Shown here piece by piece: positions 14,185 to 28,053 of a stretch of DNA of 64,000 nt. The notes under the pieces are model-generated. The model saw only the letters and a list, made by a program, of their open reading frames with translations, was not told where the DNA came from and did no database searches. The stretch lies in assembly GCF_964204645.1 (NCBI RefSeq), contig NC_134027.1:1644485-1708484 (forward strand), in the 5' to 3' direction. Position 1 is the stretch's first letter; each line of letters opens with the position of its first letter. The translations under genes and the position numbers were made by a program. Source of the DNA: Tubulanus polymorphus. Lineage: Eukaryota; Animalia; Nemertea.

Positions 14185-14250
14185 CTCAGTGGTCTAGTGG
14201 GTAGAACACAGGGTTTGCACACGAGAGACCCAGGTTCAAATCCCCACAGA
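14185..14250 (+). mobile_element. tRNA-derived SINE head (Pol III A and B boxes)
   Basis: A box tggtctagtgg (14190-14200) and B box ggttcaaatcc (14233-14243) at tRNA spacing; no intact acceptor or anticodon stem. Confidence 0.6.
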
Positions 14251-15830
14251 TCCCATGTGAGTGTGGACAAGCTAGGGCTGCGAGGAGGGGTGATTTTGAA
14301 AACTTTTTGTTTGCCTCGAGGAAACTTTTTAGGCTGATGAATGCTGAAATAATACGTAAATGACTTGAAGCACTCGTTTTACTACTGATGAATGCTGATG
14401 AATGCACTATTGTGAGTTACTGTAAGAACCTAAATGAAAAAGTGTGAAATCTAGAAATTTGTGAAATTGATCTGTTTTATTATGGAAGTAAACAGTATTC
14501 AAACCACTACCTGATACTATTCCCAATAAATTCAACCCGTGAAAACTGACACTCAGGCCATGTTTGCCTCCAAAAATACGACTTGAAGCACTCATTTTAC
14601 TGATACTTCATTCTCAAAGTACTTCAAACGGCGATACTTCAGCAGCAGCAGCCATCAATAGATTTACTAAAATACAAATGAGACTACGAACAATAAGGTT
14701 TGGTAGTGAGCTGTCTCTCTCGCTGTCACTCTGTTGTCTGTCGCTGTCTCTATGCTGTCACTCTGTTGCATCTTAAAATATTTGATAGTTTATACTAAGT
14801 GTCATATTGGCCTCAACCCGGGGTCAAATAGCTTTCAATGAAGTCATCATCATCAGGGAAGTCTAATAATACTACCATTAATCAGTAGTTACAGGTTCTG
14901 AGGCTAATGTCAGACATGTCATCAAATATTTGAATTATTCATAGCTATTACATCTTCATGTATGGAGGATACAGTGTATTGTATATATTCTGGATCGAAC
15001 CAAAAACGAGAAATCAGATATTTAATGATGAATATTCGTTATATAACCCTTCCTCTCTCATCTGATACATGAATGAGTTTAATCTGAATGATCGATCAGC
15101 GATTATCAATAGTTAGTTCACTCAGTACAGTTACCGAGCGCTCACTCATCAATAATAACAACACAAAATACAATATTCATCCTTCACTACAACATGCTGT
15201 ATATAATACAAATTAAATGCAATGTAAAAAAGCCGACTTTTTAGAATAACATCATGTAATTAAATAAAATCAAGTTAACCATCAGTAAGTAATCTACCAG
15301 CCTTCAGGTTTATACTAATTATTTTTTCAAACATGTAGATATATATATCTGTTATTCGTAAGGTCTGTACCGATGCTGTGAACAAATTCTTTAAAACTAT
15401 TCTACTGATCGTATCTTCAGCAAACCGTGTCCTGCCCGGGATTATCTGCCCAGTTTCAGTCAGTGGTTATTTATCGCTGTTTTCAGGGAGTTGTTTGTAA
15501 CTGTATCCGGTAATTGATGGTAGTTTATATACAGACTAATTAGTCCAACAGACACTCAACCCATAAATATCTCATATACTGTATATACATATATATATAT
15601 ACACATAATTATATTTTTTATGTATCACCGCAGAATAATTGAACAAGTGAGGCCAGAAACAAGCAATTTAATTCTCTGATATGAAAAAATTCTCCAGCGA
15701 TATAGCTAGCAAGAGCGCGTCCAGGAACGGATCAAATATTCAGCAAGAATCATGAGATACATATTCAATAAGTCGTAGACTGCTCGAGGACAATCAGCAC
15801 CGCATCATAAGTGACCAGCACATATACATA

Positions 15831-15861
<31 letters not shown>

Positions 15862-17811
15862 CTGCAATATTTCCACGGTGTAATTAATTGAATCATGTCT
15901 CCAGAATACATGTTCTTATTACAGGGAGACCAAGTTTATGGTCAGTCACTCATAAATCATATTGATATATTGTGTAACTTCATGAAATTGTAAGATGAGA
16001 AATTATTGTAGAAATTCTGACAGACCTTTCACGGACAATACGACTTAAAGATATAAAATATTTAATACAGCAGATCTAGTGTGACCAGTCATTTTTAATT
16101 GATAATTTGAATTAGAAAATGAAATTTAATTCAAATTCTGTCAATTCAAATTCTGTCATAGTCTTCTGTTGTTCGTATTTGAGTTAAGAGCAAGGATTGT
16201 TGTCAGTGATCTGTGCTGTAACGTGCGTTTAATGATTGTGATATGTCATTCAATCGTTCATCCATCACTTAGCTAGATTTTTTACTATTACATCAAAGGA
16301 TTGAGTAATAGTTAGAGAATTATCAGGTGCAACGGCAAAAAAGCTGTCTGTTTGAATACACATGAATGGCTTAATAGACACACGCGGGTGCGCGGCAGGT
16401 GCAGGTGCACAACACAGCTGAAATGTATCTTCTTTAAACTTCACCTTTAATTCATTCAAACGCTTCATCGCTGAGTAAAATTTCAGTTTGCTAAAAAAAT
16501 ACACATTATTTATTGGATGTTGTGATGTTTAGTATACAACGCTTTATAACTCATATTTATGACGTTAATTTACAGTAAATTTGTTTCATCGCGATTTACA
16601 CCGTTTTATATTCCGCGCTGCACCACTGTTTGATTGTATAATTGTATGTAATGAGCTGTGATTGTAGGATATCTAATCATTAATTGGCCTCGCAATTAAT
16701 ATCATTAGTGCATAAATAAACATATAAAGCCAGGCCTTAATTGTTACTATACAAGTTATAATTTCCTGTATAAGCCTATAATGATAAATGTCTGAGAGGT
16801 TTGTTTTTTTTTGCTCTAAAAGCCTTTAGTGAGGCAAGGCGCATTTCAGCGTCCTAGATACGCGATCACGCGATAGAATTGTCTTTTCAAGTTAGTCGAA
16901 AATCGGAAATTTCATATACTCATAACCAGCAGGGTTTCATAAAAGTGAAGAGCGCTAACAATTCCTAATGGAAGTGAATATAAACAATTGTTTGATGTCG
17001 GAGGAAATATGCACGGAATACTCAGATTCAAAATGGGTGAAAAGTCGACGTTTTTAAAATACCCATCGGCAATGCCACAAAATATCAATAACTCGGTTAT
17101 AGATAAGAAACGCGTAATCAATTATTCCCCGAGTGAAGGCATTCAGTGCTCGCAACTGAAAGTCATCTTCACGTTCACACGCCCAATTTTTTTCTTAGGA
17201 AAAGATCGATTAGAGTGGAACCTCGTTTTCACGACCTCAGACAAATAACAATTTATCAAATATTTACAAACCTAGAATTCCGTCCTTTAAAATGGGGCAA
17301 TCTAAAAAATTTCATACCGAATATAACGAGCTATTTATTACGAATATATTTTCTGGTTTCTCTGATGTTCGTCGTAATGAGATTCTGCTGAACATTTTAA
17401 ATGAAATATCTACATTCAACGTGAACAGTTGAGTATTCATAACTTAATCAGTTAAATTGCGAGGGACAAACAAGTATTGCTGATACGGTTCACAGGGTTA
17501 TACACTAGGGTCTTACAGGATAAGGGGATTAATATAAAGTCTTCCGTTAAAAAGACTTCCACCGAGAAAAATCATTGATTACCCCGATCACATGTAACTA
17601 TGGCAACACAAAGAGCTCGGGGAGAGAAAGAGTGAGAGAGAGCTTCGGCATTTTCGAACCTCGATATAAAAAATGTGCTAATTTTCAATTGTTCGTTGCT
17701 AGGGGTACCCGCCGCAGGGTCATGCTATAAATTAAACCAATCATTTCAAATTAAATTCATATTTCATACCACCCGGCCTGATTCGGTATTTATGAATTTC
17801 TGTTCAACGCA

Positions 17812-18062
17812 CAGTTCTCACAGATCAGGGAATCCGAAATCCCTGCGAACCTAGACAATAAATTCCCTGATTACATTATTGTTTTTATAGCTGTTTGTCA
17901 TCAAAAGGTTCCTCGTGCCCGTGCCACCATGGACTCTTAAACGATTTAGAGTCCATGGTGCCACTCATCACCGGCGAGAACAACAAGACACCAAAATTCA
18001 AATTCTCTGACTTTCGAGAAAAGAGTCAGAATTCCTTGATTTTTCCTGATCTGTAAGAACTG
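17812..18062. mobile_element. MITE with cag(gg)ttcttacagatcagg-type terminal inverted repeats; related copies at about 55600-55812 and 58328-58544
   Basis: Ends cagttctcacagatcagg ... cctgatctgtaagaactg; the same ends and similar internal sequence recur in two VIRMA introns. Confidence 0.75.
17928..17957. mobile_element. 30-bp CATGGAC hairpin with exact 7-bp TSD gtgccac (P-superfamily-like footprint)
   Basis: gtgccac|catggactcttaaacgatttagagtccatg|gtgccac. Confidence 0.7.
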
Positions 18063-20553
18063 CGTTATAAGGTAATCGCTGCTTCAGAAACAAACAGTGA
18101 GCTGAAAATAATCAATTCATCGACCGAATCGAAACGCACTCGATTCATTTCATCGCTTTCAAGATAGAATTTAGATAAAGCGAAAAGTCATAAAAAAATC
18201 ATCCGTCACGAGACATCGATGCAGACTTCATAGCTTCCGATTTAAGATGAAATGGTTATAAATGAGATCGCGGGCTGTGGATGAATTTCTGAACACTCAT
18301 TTATACCTGATGAGACACGAGTCAAAGGCGAACTGCGATACGATACTTCGACATAGCGAGATTCCGACAATGGAGGACAACCTATCCTGAGAATATCATA
18401 CTCCCTAAAAATTGTATAAATCTAGCATTCTTTTTAAAAATGAAAAGTATTTAACCTATGAAGTATGTACTATCTGCGATCACTTTTACTGGTATCAGGT
18501 TTTATTGTGCAGTCTCTGTACTGAAATATTGAGATATATTATCTGTGATTGCGAATGGTTAATTCAGTGAAACTATCACAGAACTGACGACGACGACGGT
18601 AGATTTTTTTCTTCACCGTGAGTCGCGGAAATGAATGGTAAATTGATGTCACAAGAGACGGAATGATCAGCAGGAAACACTGGTAATAAGGCTTCACTAC
18701 AAACTACCGATCTCACGAGCTGCAAAACTAATTCCATATTACATCGACATTATTCATGAAAAACCTGACACGTTTGTCACCTTCAGATCTATTGCGATTT
18801 TCATAATACGTAAAATGATATTCCGTCATTCATAATATTAATCAGGAATGAAAAATCAGGATTTAACATCAAATTTCATGGACCGCGAATAATATCAAAA
18901 ATATCCAAATTAAGAGGGTTTAACCTTACTTGCATTGTTTAAGAAAAAGCTTTCCGGGATAAAGTATAGGCCTGGATAGTTTTTTTTTGACGATAATGCG
19001 TTACTGCGATAGAATCTGTTCCGCACGTCTTGTATCAATGAATTATTCGTATTCTACAAACGATCGTCACAAATTAACTCGACTCTCCTCGTCAGTGCGA
19101 AACACACATTTCTATGCCCCATCGTAGATATCCGGGATTCAGCTTTCTGTCAACTGGCTCCGGCTGAGAAAATGCAGCCCGATGATGGATCGCATAATTA
19201 TTCAGTCACGCTCCGGCATTTTATACCCCGAATGCGAGATATCGGTTGTGAATGTGTGAGATGTCTGATTCTCTACTAGTGCGTAAATAGTAATGCATGT
19301 GCTGTATATACAAGTAATGTCTAACACTTAATACCCATTTCTATTTCTCTGACAGGATTGCGCTCGCAAAAAACTGGTTATTTTAGGAGAATTTATTCAG
19401 ATTTTGAAGAGTTGATGAACGTTACGGTTTTAAACGCATTTTCAGTAAAGGAATCAGTAATAATTTTTGGAATCTTTCTAGTGTAAATATAGTGCGCCAC
19501 TGTAGTGTTATAACCTGTAGTTTATTTGTACGTGTCATTTCAAGGAAGCATTCCTCACACTGGAATAACATATACACGTTCGATAATGACAATTCAGTAG
19601 ACTGCGTAGGAGTTGAGATCTGAGTCGACTGTAGTCATAAGTATAGAAAAGAATATTTCTAGAAATATCTCATATGAATCTTATGAATTACGGAATAAGA
19701 AATTGATCAGTTAATGATTCAGTGATATTCTGGTGTTGGTGATTTTCCAGTATTCTATCATTCTTTATCAAACAGCTTGTGGAATTAGGTTAAACGCATT
19801 GTTAATATTCGATATTACAAACATTCCTGTTTTCTTACAAAGCACTATCGGAATGCTTGATAGCAATCGGATATTTCTAAAAAAAATATATCAGTACAGA
19901 CCACTTGATTTCAGCGACCAAAATAGTTCAAAGGCCTCCTGATAAATTGTGGGGTTCCATACCTAATCCAATTTTGAAATTGTAAAAGATTACCCCAATA
20001 AATTCTAGAATTCAGATTTTGAAAATACCAGCCTGAACCCCTATTTATACAGGACTTTATGAAGAAGTAAAAAACATGTCCAGAAAGACTGAAAACACCA
20101 AATTATTTCATAATGGATTAAACATTATAGCAGCTTTTAGTCAATGATGAAAAGTGATGGATCTGAAGAAGAACATGAACAACTATGAATGACTCATAAC
20201 TACATGCAGCAGGGCTTGTACCAGGCAGGTATCAGGTTGTTATCCATTACATGACAAATATCTCAGAAAGCTGTCGTGTTTCTGAAAATTATGATGTCTT
20301 CATCCGCTTTTAAGTGACGAAAAATAAAATTGATCCTGTAAATAGATTTCATACACCACAACGCCAGATCTAGGAAAAATTAGAAAACCGGGGTCAAAAA
20401 GAAAATGCATTTATCGGCAACCACGCCGATGGACACAGGGTTCCACTATCGACGTTAGAAATCCCGATCCAGTCTCTGCCTCGACAAAAAGAAATCTGCA
20501 TACCAAAACCCACCCCCTGAATCTATCCCTGCCACTCACACCGAGACACTTAC

Positions 20554-21949
20554 CATTTGAAGGAGAAGAACTTTGAATATCAGTAACTTCGACATTGAAT
20601 GTAATCGTGCGATTTTTCACGTTATCGTAATCCAGTTTTTGCCCGTCGAGGAGCGAGATTTTACCGGTGTTTACGTTAATTTTGAATTGACGAGGTTTCG
20701 GATCCTGTAACCTGAAACGTAAATTCGAATTCAACTGTTTCCCGTCCCAAACTCCGAACAGCTCCGTTGTCGAGTCGACGTTTTCTAGCACGTTTTTAGT
20801 AATCTTGACGAGCGTTCCTCGTTTAGTGCGACGTCGCAGTAGAGCTCGACGATATCGTCGGTTTAATTCTCGTCGATGTCTGATTCCAATCGAACGTCGA
20901 GTTCTTCTTCTTTTCAAAATCTTATTCTCAGATGTCGTCGTCGTCTTTGATTTCTGCGATTTTTTCGGTCGAAATTTAAGGCTCCCTTCGACGTTAATGC
21001 GGATATTGACGGCGTTACTCTCGCGACCAGAAGCATCTTTAGCCGTTACCTCGAATGCGTAAACGTCCGGGTTGACTTTCGTTTTCAGAGAAATTGTTCC
21101 GGTTTTCGAATCAATCGCGAAAATAGAATTTGGTCGCTTCAAACGATACGTGACCGGTCCGCTGTGAATCACTTTCATTTTCAGAATAACCGAACCCGGT
21201 TTCGTTTGCGATGAAATCACCGCGTTGTAAACGGATTTCGGAAAGCGGGGAACGCCTCGGTCGACCTGGTCCACGATGACCTTCACGGAGGTCGAGGCGT
21301 ATTCACCGTACGCGTTCTCGGCGACTATCAGGAACGTAAAAAGCGGTTTGACTTTATTCAACGGTCGCGCCGTCGCCAACATGACGTGACGCGCGTCGTC
21401 GCGACGTGATTTCAACAGGAACGGAACATCATCCCCGGAATCGATAGAATACCTCACCGTATTCAAACTTTCATCATCCGAATTTGTGAATATATCTTCC
21501 AGTCCGGCGACGACTGCTCCGGTCCTGGCTAGTGACGATACGTGACCTGTGTATTGTTGTTTCGGGAAGACTAACATTCGTTTTCCGTCGAAAATCTGGA
21601 TGTGAATTTTCTCGAGCCACGAGCCTCCGTCCAGAGCGTTATTCACCGTCAACGAGAAAACTTTACCGACCAACTCATCGACTTTACGACTGGTCACGAT
21701 TTCACCTCCGTCTCCGATCGAGAAAAACTTCGAAAAATCCTCATCAATTCCGTCCATAATATGGAACAACTGACCGAGAGGTTGAAGGGATGTAACTCGG
21801 TGTCCTATATCGGCGTTGTGAGGTATATTAATCCTCTTCACTACAGCCCCTTCTGCAGTTAAACACAAACATGTCCACAATACTATCGGTAACATTATTA
21901 TTGTCGTTTTCATATTGAATGTTGTAGTAAATTTTAATAATGTTTTCAT
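20554..21949 (-). CDS. Neural-cadherin-like classical cadherin, first coding exon (signal peptide, degenerate cadherin repeats, polybasic pro-domain cleavage region)
   Basis: Hydrophobic signal peptide (IIMLPIVLWTCLCLTAEG; start may be the second ATG at 21913). Cadherin motifs VDQVDRGVPRF, FAIDSKTGTI, VTAKDASG, LDYD. Donor AAT G|gtaagt at 20554/20553 (phase 1); the ORF tail beyond it is intron. Confidence 0.88.
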
Positions 21950-24900
21950 CGCGAAAAAGAAGAAACTATTTCATAATATCCACAAATAACTGAAATGAAT
22001 AGAATAGCAAAACATTAGTTACAAGATACAAACTGAATTTATATAATATGAGCAGTAAGGTCTTCAAAAATTCAAGCAAAGTTTTACTAATTTTCAACGC
22101 CCTCCAATAAAGCATTATGCGCAATATTCAATAAGCCAAAGGCCTGGGTCAATTATCAGTGACATTTTTCTCTCAAGTGGCCATATTTATCGGACCAAAT
22201 TTTTTTTTAAATTATAAAACACAAAATTTACAAACATCTATAAATGAAAGAAAAGTGAAGCCTCAGTTCTGTGGAGCGCCTTATTAATACAATCTACAGA
22301 ATTCAAGTAGAAAAACAATTCCATTACAAATTGACGAAATAAAATATCGAAACCCGGAAGTGGACAAGGAATTTGACAATTTCAGTTTCATATTCAGTCT
22401 TAAATTCAATTAAACAAATTCAAAACGATATTGAAATAAAACATACTAACCTAAGTGTAGTAAATGTAATCCTTCAGCGAGTACGCGAGGGTTTGAAGCC
22501 TAAAATATGTTTGAAACGGTGTAATTACGACATATTAAGCATGAGATATTTACCCGCACCGTCCGTAAACGGCTTTGAACCGAAGCCGCGCTGTTAGTGT
22601 TACTATTAGTGTGTATCACTCCCTCCGACACACAACGCGCACGTCGTAAATCAATCGATTCGGGATTCCGCGATCAATAAAATATCAACCTTACGATAGT
22701 CGAGAGTTTGACGTCATGAAATTCATTTCAGATCGCAGTAACATAGGCCTATATAAGCCTGAATATTCCATTTACTTCTAAAATCAAAATTATATACTTC
22801 AGTTTGAACCGCGCATTTTAAGTGTTTTTTGTACCCGGTTTACGAAAGCGATTTATCAATTAAGCATTCATGAATTGTATTATTGAATTAAAACTGTTCA
22901 TTCCACATTTAGAAATGGCCTCAATCTCAAATCTTTAAGACTTTATGGGTTAGAGAGGGCCCTTATGGGACCCACAGTACTGTAAGTATTGCGACCGAGA
23001 TTCTCCTATCAGCCGCTGATAGTCAGCACTGTCCGGTCAGAATTACTACAATGCGTATCACGGACTCAGCCACTCTCCGGACTGGAATAACGGACACCGT
23101 CTCGGAGAACGTCAATGGCCGGCAGATTATTTCTATATTGCGATAGATGGCGCTCGCGAAATCGTGGCTCATTGAACTACAGAACTACAATGTCTACAGG
23201 AATTTCCTAGTTCAGCAAAAATCCAATAGATGGTGAACATATCGTCAAACGCTGATACCGAAAATTCTTATTCAAAGGACAAGCACTGGCAGTTGACTTA
23301 ATACGTTGTTTTTATTGCCTTTCGCTATTTAAATAAAAAAACCGCTTCGCACCGTCGTCGGCAAGCTACACAGCTGATAAATGGAGCCCCCAATGTCTAA
23401 TCCAGGAGCCGCCCCTGATATTTCATCATTAATCTCAAATTAATGGTATCTGAAATTACTAATACTCAGATACTACAGGGTGTCCCATTAATTACTATAC
23501 ATAAAAAACTACCTGTTATTTTCAAACCGCTTGAGATAAAACAGCCAAATCTTCATCAGGAGAGATGGACTACAATGATACTTTTTACCACAAAAAAACT
23601 TAAGTAAAATTCAATGAAGTTTACAAATATGCTAAATGGGAGAACCTTTCAATTTTTTGGCATGATGGCAGTCTAATGTTGAGATTTCTAGCTCAGTAAG
23701 GGACCTTTGCGTACGGCGGGCAGACAATCTGAGGATGGTGAAGGCCAACCGTGGTTTTATTAATTAACGTTTGTAGGATTAGTGTGGATCTATATTGACC
23801 GGCGCGCGTGGCCTGCTGCTGCAACTACCTGATCGATTTTCACCGATCAATGGCTTACCGTTGATGGAAATAGTTCAGATTATCTATAACTCTTCATATG
23901 CATCACGCATAGCACGTATATCCTATACTCAGCTGATTTTTCCGCCTCCAAGGTTTCAGCGATTTCCCCAAGTGCGATAAAGAAATAATCACCCTTATCA
24001 GCGTGCATGGTATATTCTTGTAATGGAACGCAACTCACGATTTGACGATTAGGCCCACGGGAATCTATTTGACGTCGTATTTCGTGAAAGATTTGCGTAA
24101 ATATAAATGCTCAATTCTTTTTTGAAACAATAGGGTACATAAACTGAGATATATGATAATAGTGCTCGAAACAAGTTTGACGACCAATTTTAGGGAATCT
24201 TTTTAAGTGAGTGAATTTGATTCTCTGGACGACCGAGTGCATCACTTGGCCGATCATAACCTTCAGGTATAGATCCATGTAACTAGAAGTCTAGAAGTGG
24301 CCCTATCTTTGACCAGTTGACAACTGGACCAATTATAATCTTACTGCCATAGAACCTCGAATGGTTTTTTTCTAAACCAGCTGTGGCCATGACCTCTAGC
24401 CAATCACAACCCCAGGGTAATTCAGCCAAGCCAACTCGTTAAAGCAAACCCCCATGTTCTCTGGAAGATCGGTGTTTTTTCCTCATCTTGATATAAACTA
24501 TTCATTGAAGTTGGCGTCAATTATTTCTGATTTGTATAATACTGGTATGTGTGATAAACGGTTCAATAGAATTAAATATTTCTATTCAAATCGTCCCAGA
24601 AAAAACAAATCCCGGCGGAGGCACCGACAGTGCCTGCTGCGCGAACAACCACTACCAAAAAATAAACGTTACCGTCGACTTTTCATTACACCATCGATCG
24701 AGATGAAACATTTATTCGTGCCCAGAATTGACCAGAGCACAAAATTTCCCTTACTCGCTTAACGACTTATTTGGATAAAAGACGCAGTTGCCAAGGAAAC
24801 CACTTTCTATAATCAGCACAAGGATACTCGTTCTTGAAATAGATGGAATACTTTGTTTATGGGATTGATCTACTTCGAAGATGAATTTTTTTTTGTAGAA

Positions 24901-26802
24901 TTAAATGTTGTTATTGTGTACGTGTGGTGTCTGGCACATAGCTCTACTAATCTACATTTTCAAATCTTCATGCGTAAATATCATTGCCTGATCGAATCAC
25001 GTGGTCTGTACATGGGTTTGTAGAATTAGCGCATGTTTACTACGTGAAAAACCGTCGTCTATTCTTCAGCGCAGTTATTTCTATCATACGTGAAAACACA
25101 TTCTTAGAAATATATGTATATATAAATCTTCGATTCTCGATCCAGAAGGTCAGCCGAGAAATCGGACCATGTGACTACACCAGCTCCACGCAGATAAAAG
25201 CGATGGGTTCAGCAGCACCTTTCATTAAAATTGGTGGGGACGGCATGGAATCTTGTCTTCTGGGTGGCGCAGTTATATTTGTCTACAAGGATTTCTCTGC
25301 GCAGGCGAAATTTGAATATCTAGGCCTATAAGTTCCACGTATATATTGTAATTAGTAGATTTGTATAATGAAAATATCATTGAAACTCTATGGCCCAGTT
25401 CATTCTGGATTAACTGTGCTGCGAGCCTTTCATTAGGAAAGTTTGTTGTTGATTGCACGTATTACCTCGTGCTATAGTTTTTGCTCGTATTTCTGGCATC
25501 AAAAAGCTAACATTCCAATAATAAACGATCTTTCTATATAATCAATTCAACCTTTACGTATAGCTAGCTCTAACTCATCCCCGTTTTCCACTTCCCCAGG
25601 CGAAAAACATCCACGGTTTTGAACAGGTAAACAACAGCTTGGCTTATGCTTACAGACGAGCAACTACAGAAGGCCTTCTTCATTTTTTTACGTTTCACGC
25701 CAGTAAATTCTCCACGAACTAAAGATACGTACATGTATGTTCAACCCAGAACAGCAAAACCTACAAAGAATTCTCGATATATACAGAAAGATAGGAAATC
25801 ACCGAAGTAAGATTGTGTAATCTTTCCTTTTTGAAAACTATATTACATATCTTAACAAAACATATATACCATTTAAAAAATGGTTTTCTATTAGTATTGA
25901 TTAAAGATTATTCAATCGTTTCTATGTACACAATTTATATTCATATCATAGGTACATACATATATAATAAATATATATATTAACCACATTTTATGTCAGA
26001 CAATTTCATCCATCGGTATTACTGAGAACATAGGAAGTGAGAGCCTACACAGAATTACCTACCGGATACAATGCTATGACATATTTTTATAGATTACTCC
26101 GGAACATTCTGAATACCGGTATATAAATTATCAACTCTAACATGAAAGGATTTCATCTACATAAAAAGTCTACGAATTAACACTCATGAAAGACATAATA
26201 TTAAAACCAATAACGTATCAGTAACATTTCCCCTATTATCACAGTGATCTTTCTTAAGCAAAACCTTGTTTGGCACCTTGAAACCTCTACACTTTCATCT
26301 TGGCACATTTCATTAGCACATGAACAGAGCACAATTGATTTCCTTAATTTTTCAATTTCAAATCAACTTATCAGTATACTTTAGATCTAACTATCATTTA
26401 TATACATTTCTATGATATATACAAGATATTGACCCGATGCTAGCAGTCGCATCAATTCTTTACAGTCTAGGCACATTCAGCAAGCGAGACAAAATTTTCA
26501 TCAGTCACTGACTCAGAAATCTCATACGGTCCACGTTAGATTGTGTAAACTCTGTATTTTAATGAGAATGGTGCGAAGGTACTACCATTTCTGCATTCCA
26601 TACTTGTATTTTAAAGCCATTGGATATCTTATAGGCACAACATCGCTGCTGAGGTCAATGAACTCTTTATCCAGTAAGTCAACTACGTATGTATCAAAAA
26701 CGAATTTTAGAACATTATCTTTAGCCCCTCAAAATAGAGATGGCTCGTTGTAGTAAAGTTGTATTACCATTTGAGTGAGCAGCAAACCTTGATTGGAACT
26801 GT

Positions 26803-28053
26803 TTACAAGAAATGAACCCACGTACTCTCGGAGTTTAATGTCGGTACAGTTTTGGCAAAACATTCAAAAACATAGTTTTGGCCGAAGTTGTTATCCCAAT
26901 AACTCTGGCCATCCGAATCAAAACCAACTGCAAACGCTAATTTATTGCCTGTCACCAGATCACTTGGGGCAACCAATGTAAAACTGAAACGATCTGTTGC
27001 CCCATCACATGAATTTTGAACATAACTGCCCAAAATATCAGAAAATGTTGTCCAATTATTAGTTGTGTAACGAATCCGCACTTGTTTGTGATATGATATG
27101 TTGGCAACGCGTACAGTTCCAGTGATGGTCAAATTGTTTATCATCGCGTTTTCTAGACTCACTTTATGCGCATGGACTCTCTGGATGAAATTACCATTAG
27201 CTCCTGGTTGAGCGAATTGAGCCTGGAAGTACAAACTACCTTCGGGTACTTGTTCAGATTCGATACCCTTCTTCAGGTCGGCCATAGCTGATGGTGGGAT
27301 TTTTGGTGGGTCATCGAGATTTAAAATGTGTCGGACATTTTCTAGGTCGAGTCCAAAAGCATCAGCAAATCTGACAGCTTTCTTTCTCTGGGGAGTGTTT
27401 GGTGGTGTTTTGTTAGTCTTCAATGACGTGCTTCTACGTAATTCACCTTTACCGACTGCCAAAAAGTCATCATCTTCACCGGAGTCCAGAAGATCAAGAA
27501 AACTTTTTGCGAGATCACCGTGATTGGATGCAATATTCGGAATAAACAACGAAAGTTTACCACCATCTTTTGAGCACGTATTGTTTTCTTTCTTAGCTAT
27601 GTGGTTATTACCTGTTTTGCATTTAACTTTTGACTCCGTTCCAGAATCTTCCGAATCTGGATCATCGGACGAAACAATTACCGTGATATCCGCATTATTA
27701 GAACCTGGAATTTTGAATGTGTCTACACTTGAAGAAGTGCTCAGATCCGATCCATAATCGGAAAACCCTGTTTTATCTTCCTTCACATCTAGATCACCGA
27801 AAATATCCACAACACCGTCAATTTCTGGAGTGGTCGATTCGAGCTCATTTAACGACCCAAGTTCACCTTCGAGTTCATTTATAGTAGCCTCTTCGTCACT
27901 AGATTGCAAAGACATTTTATTAATACATCGATCTTTCAGCTGTTTTGAATGAGTTGGAGGTCCACGAATGCAACGCGAATCCGGTTCGCTAGTGTATGAG
28001 AGATTCCTCGGTAGGTATTGCCAGTATGGTGCTGATGGTACATCCTCAACCAT
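26803..28053 (-). CDS. Protein phosphatase 1 glycogen-targeting regulatory subunit (PPP1R3 / Gbs-76A-like, CBM21 domain)
   Basis: RVxF-type KKAVRFADAFGLDL, CBM21 motifs GTVRVANISYHKQVRIRYT and YWDNNFGQNY. First in-frame ATG at 28053 in strong context (gccATGg); the ORF-track start at 28200 is TTG. Confidence 0.93.
   Translation of the reverse strand: MVEDVPSAPYWQYLPRNLSYTSEPDSRCIRGPPTHSKQLKDRCINKMSLQSSDEEATINELEGELGSLNELESTTPEIDGVVDIFGDLDVKEDKTGFSDYGSDLSTSSSVDTFKIPGSNNADITVIVSSDDPDSEDSGTESKVKCKTGNNHIAKKENNTCSKDGGKLSLFIPNIASNHGDLAKSFLDLLDSGEDDDFLAVGKGELRRSTSLKTNKTPPNTPQRKKAVRFADAFGLDLENVRHILNLDDPPKIPPSAMADLKKGIESEQVPEGSLYFQAQFAQPGANGNFIQRVHAHKVSLENAMINNLTITGTVRVANISYHKQVRIRYTTNNWTTFSDILGSYVQNSCDGATDRFSFTLVAPSDLVTGNKLAFAVGFDSDGQSYWDNNFGQNYVFECFAKTVPTLNSESTWVHFL

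Noticed and set aside
14185-14250. Functional tRNA gene
   Set aside because: A and B boxes are present but no proper cloverleaf; better explained as a SINE head. The same applies to the isolated B boxes at about 52606 and 52656.
18305-18335. Hammerhead-like ctgatga-gac-acga-gtc-aaa
   Set aside because: Lacks the G of the GAAA box and has no clear stems I and III.
23474-23770. Tc1/mariner transposase remnant (tacagggtgtccca start; MVKANRGFIN*)
   Set aside because: Only one convincing terminus and too little coding similarity to support a call.
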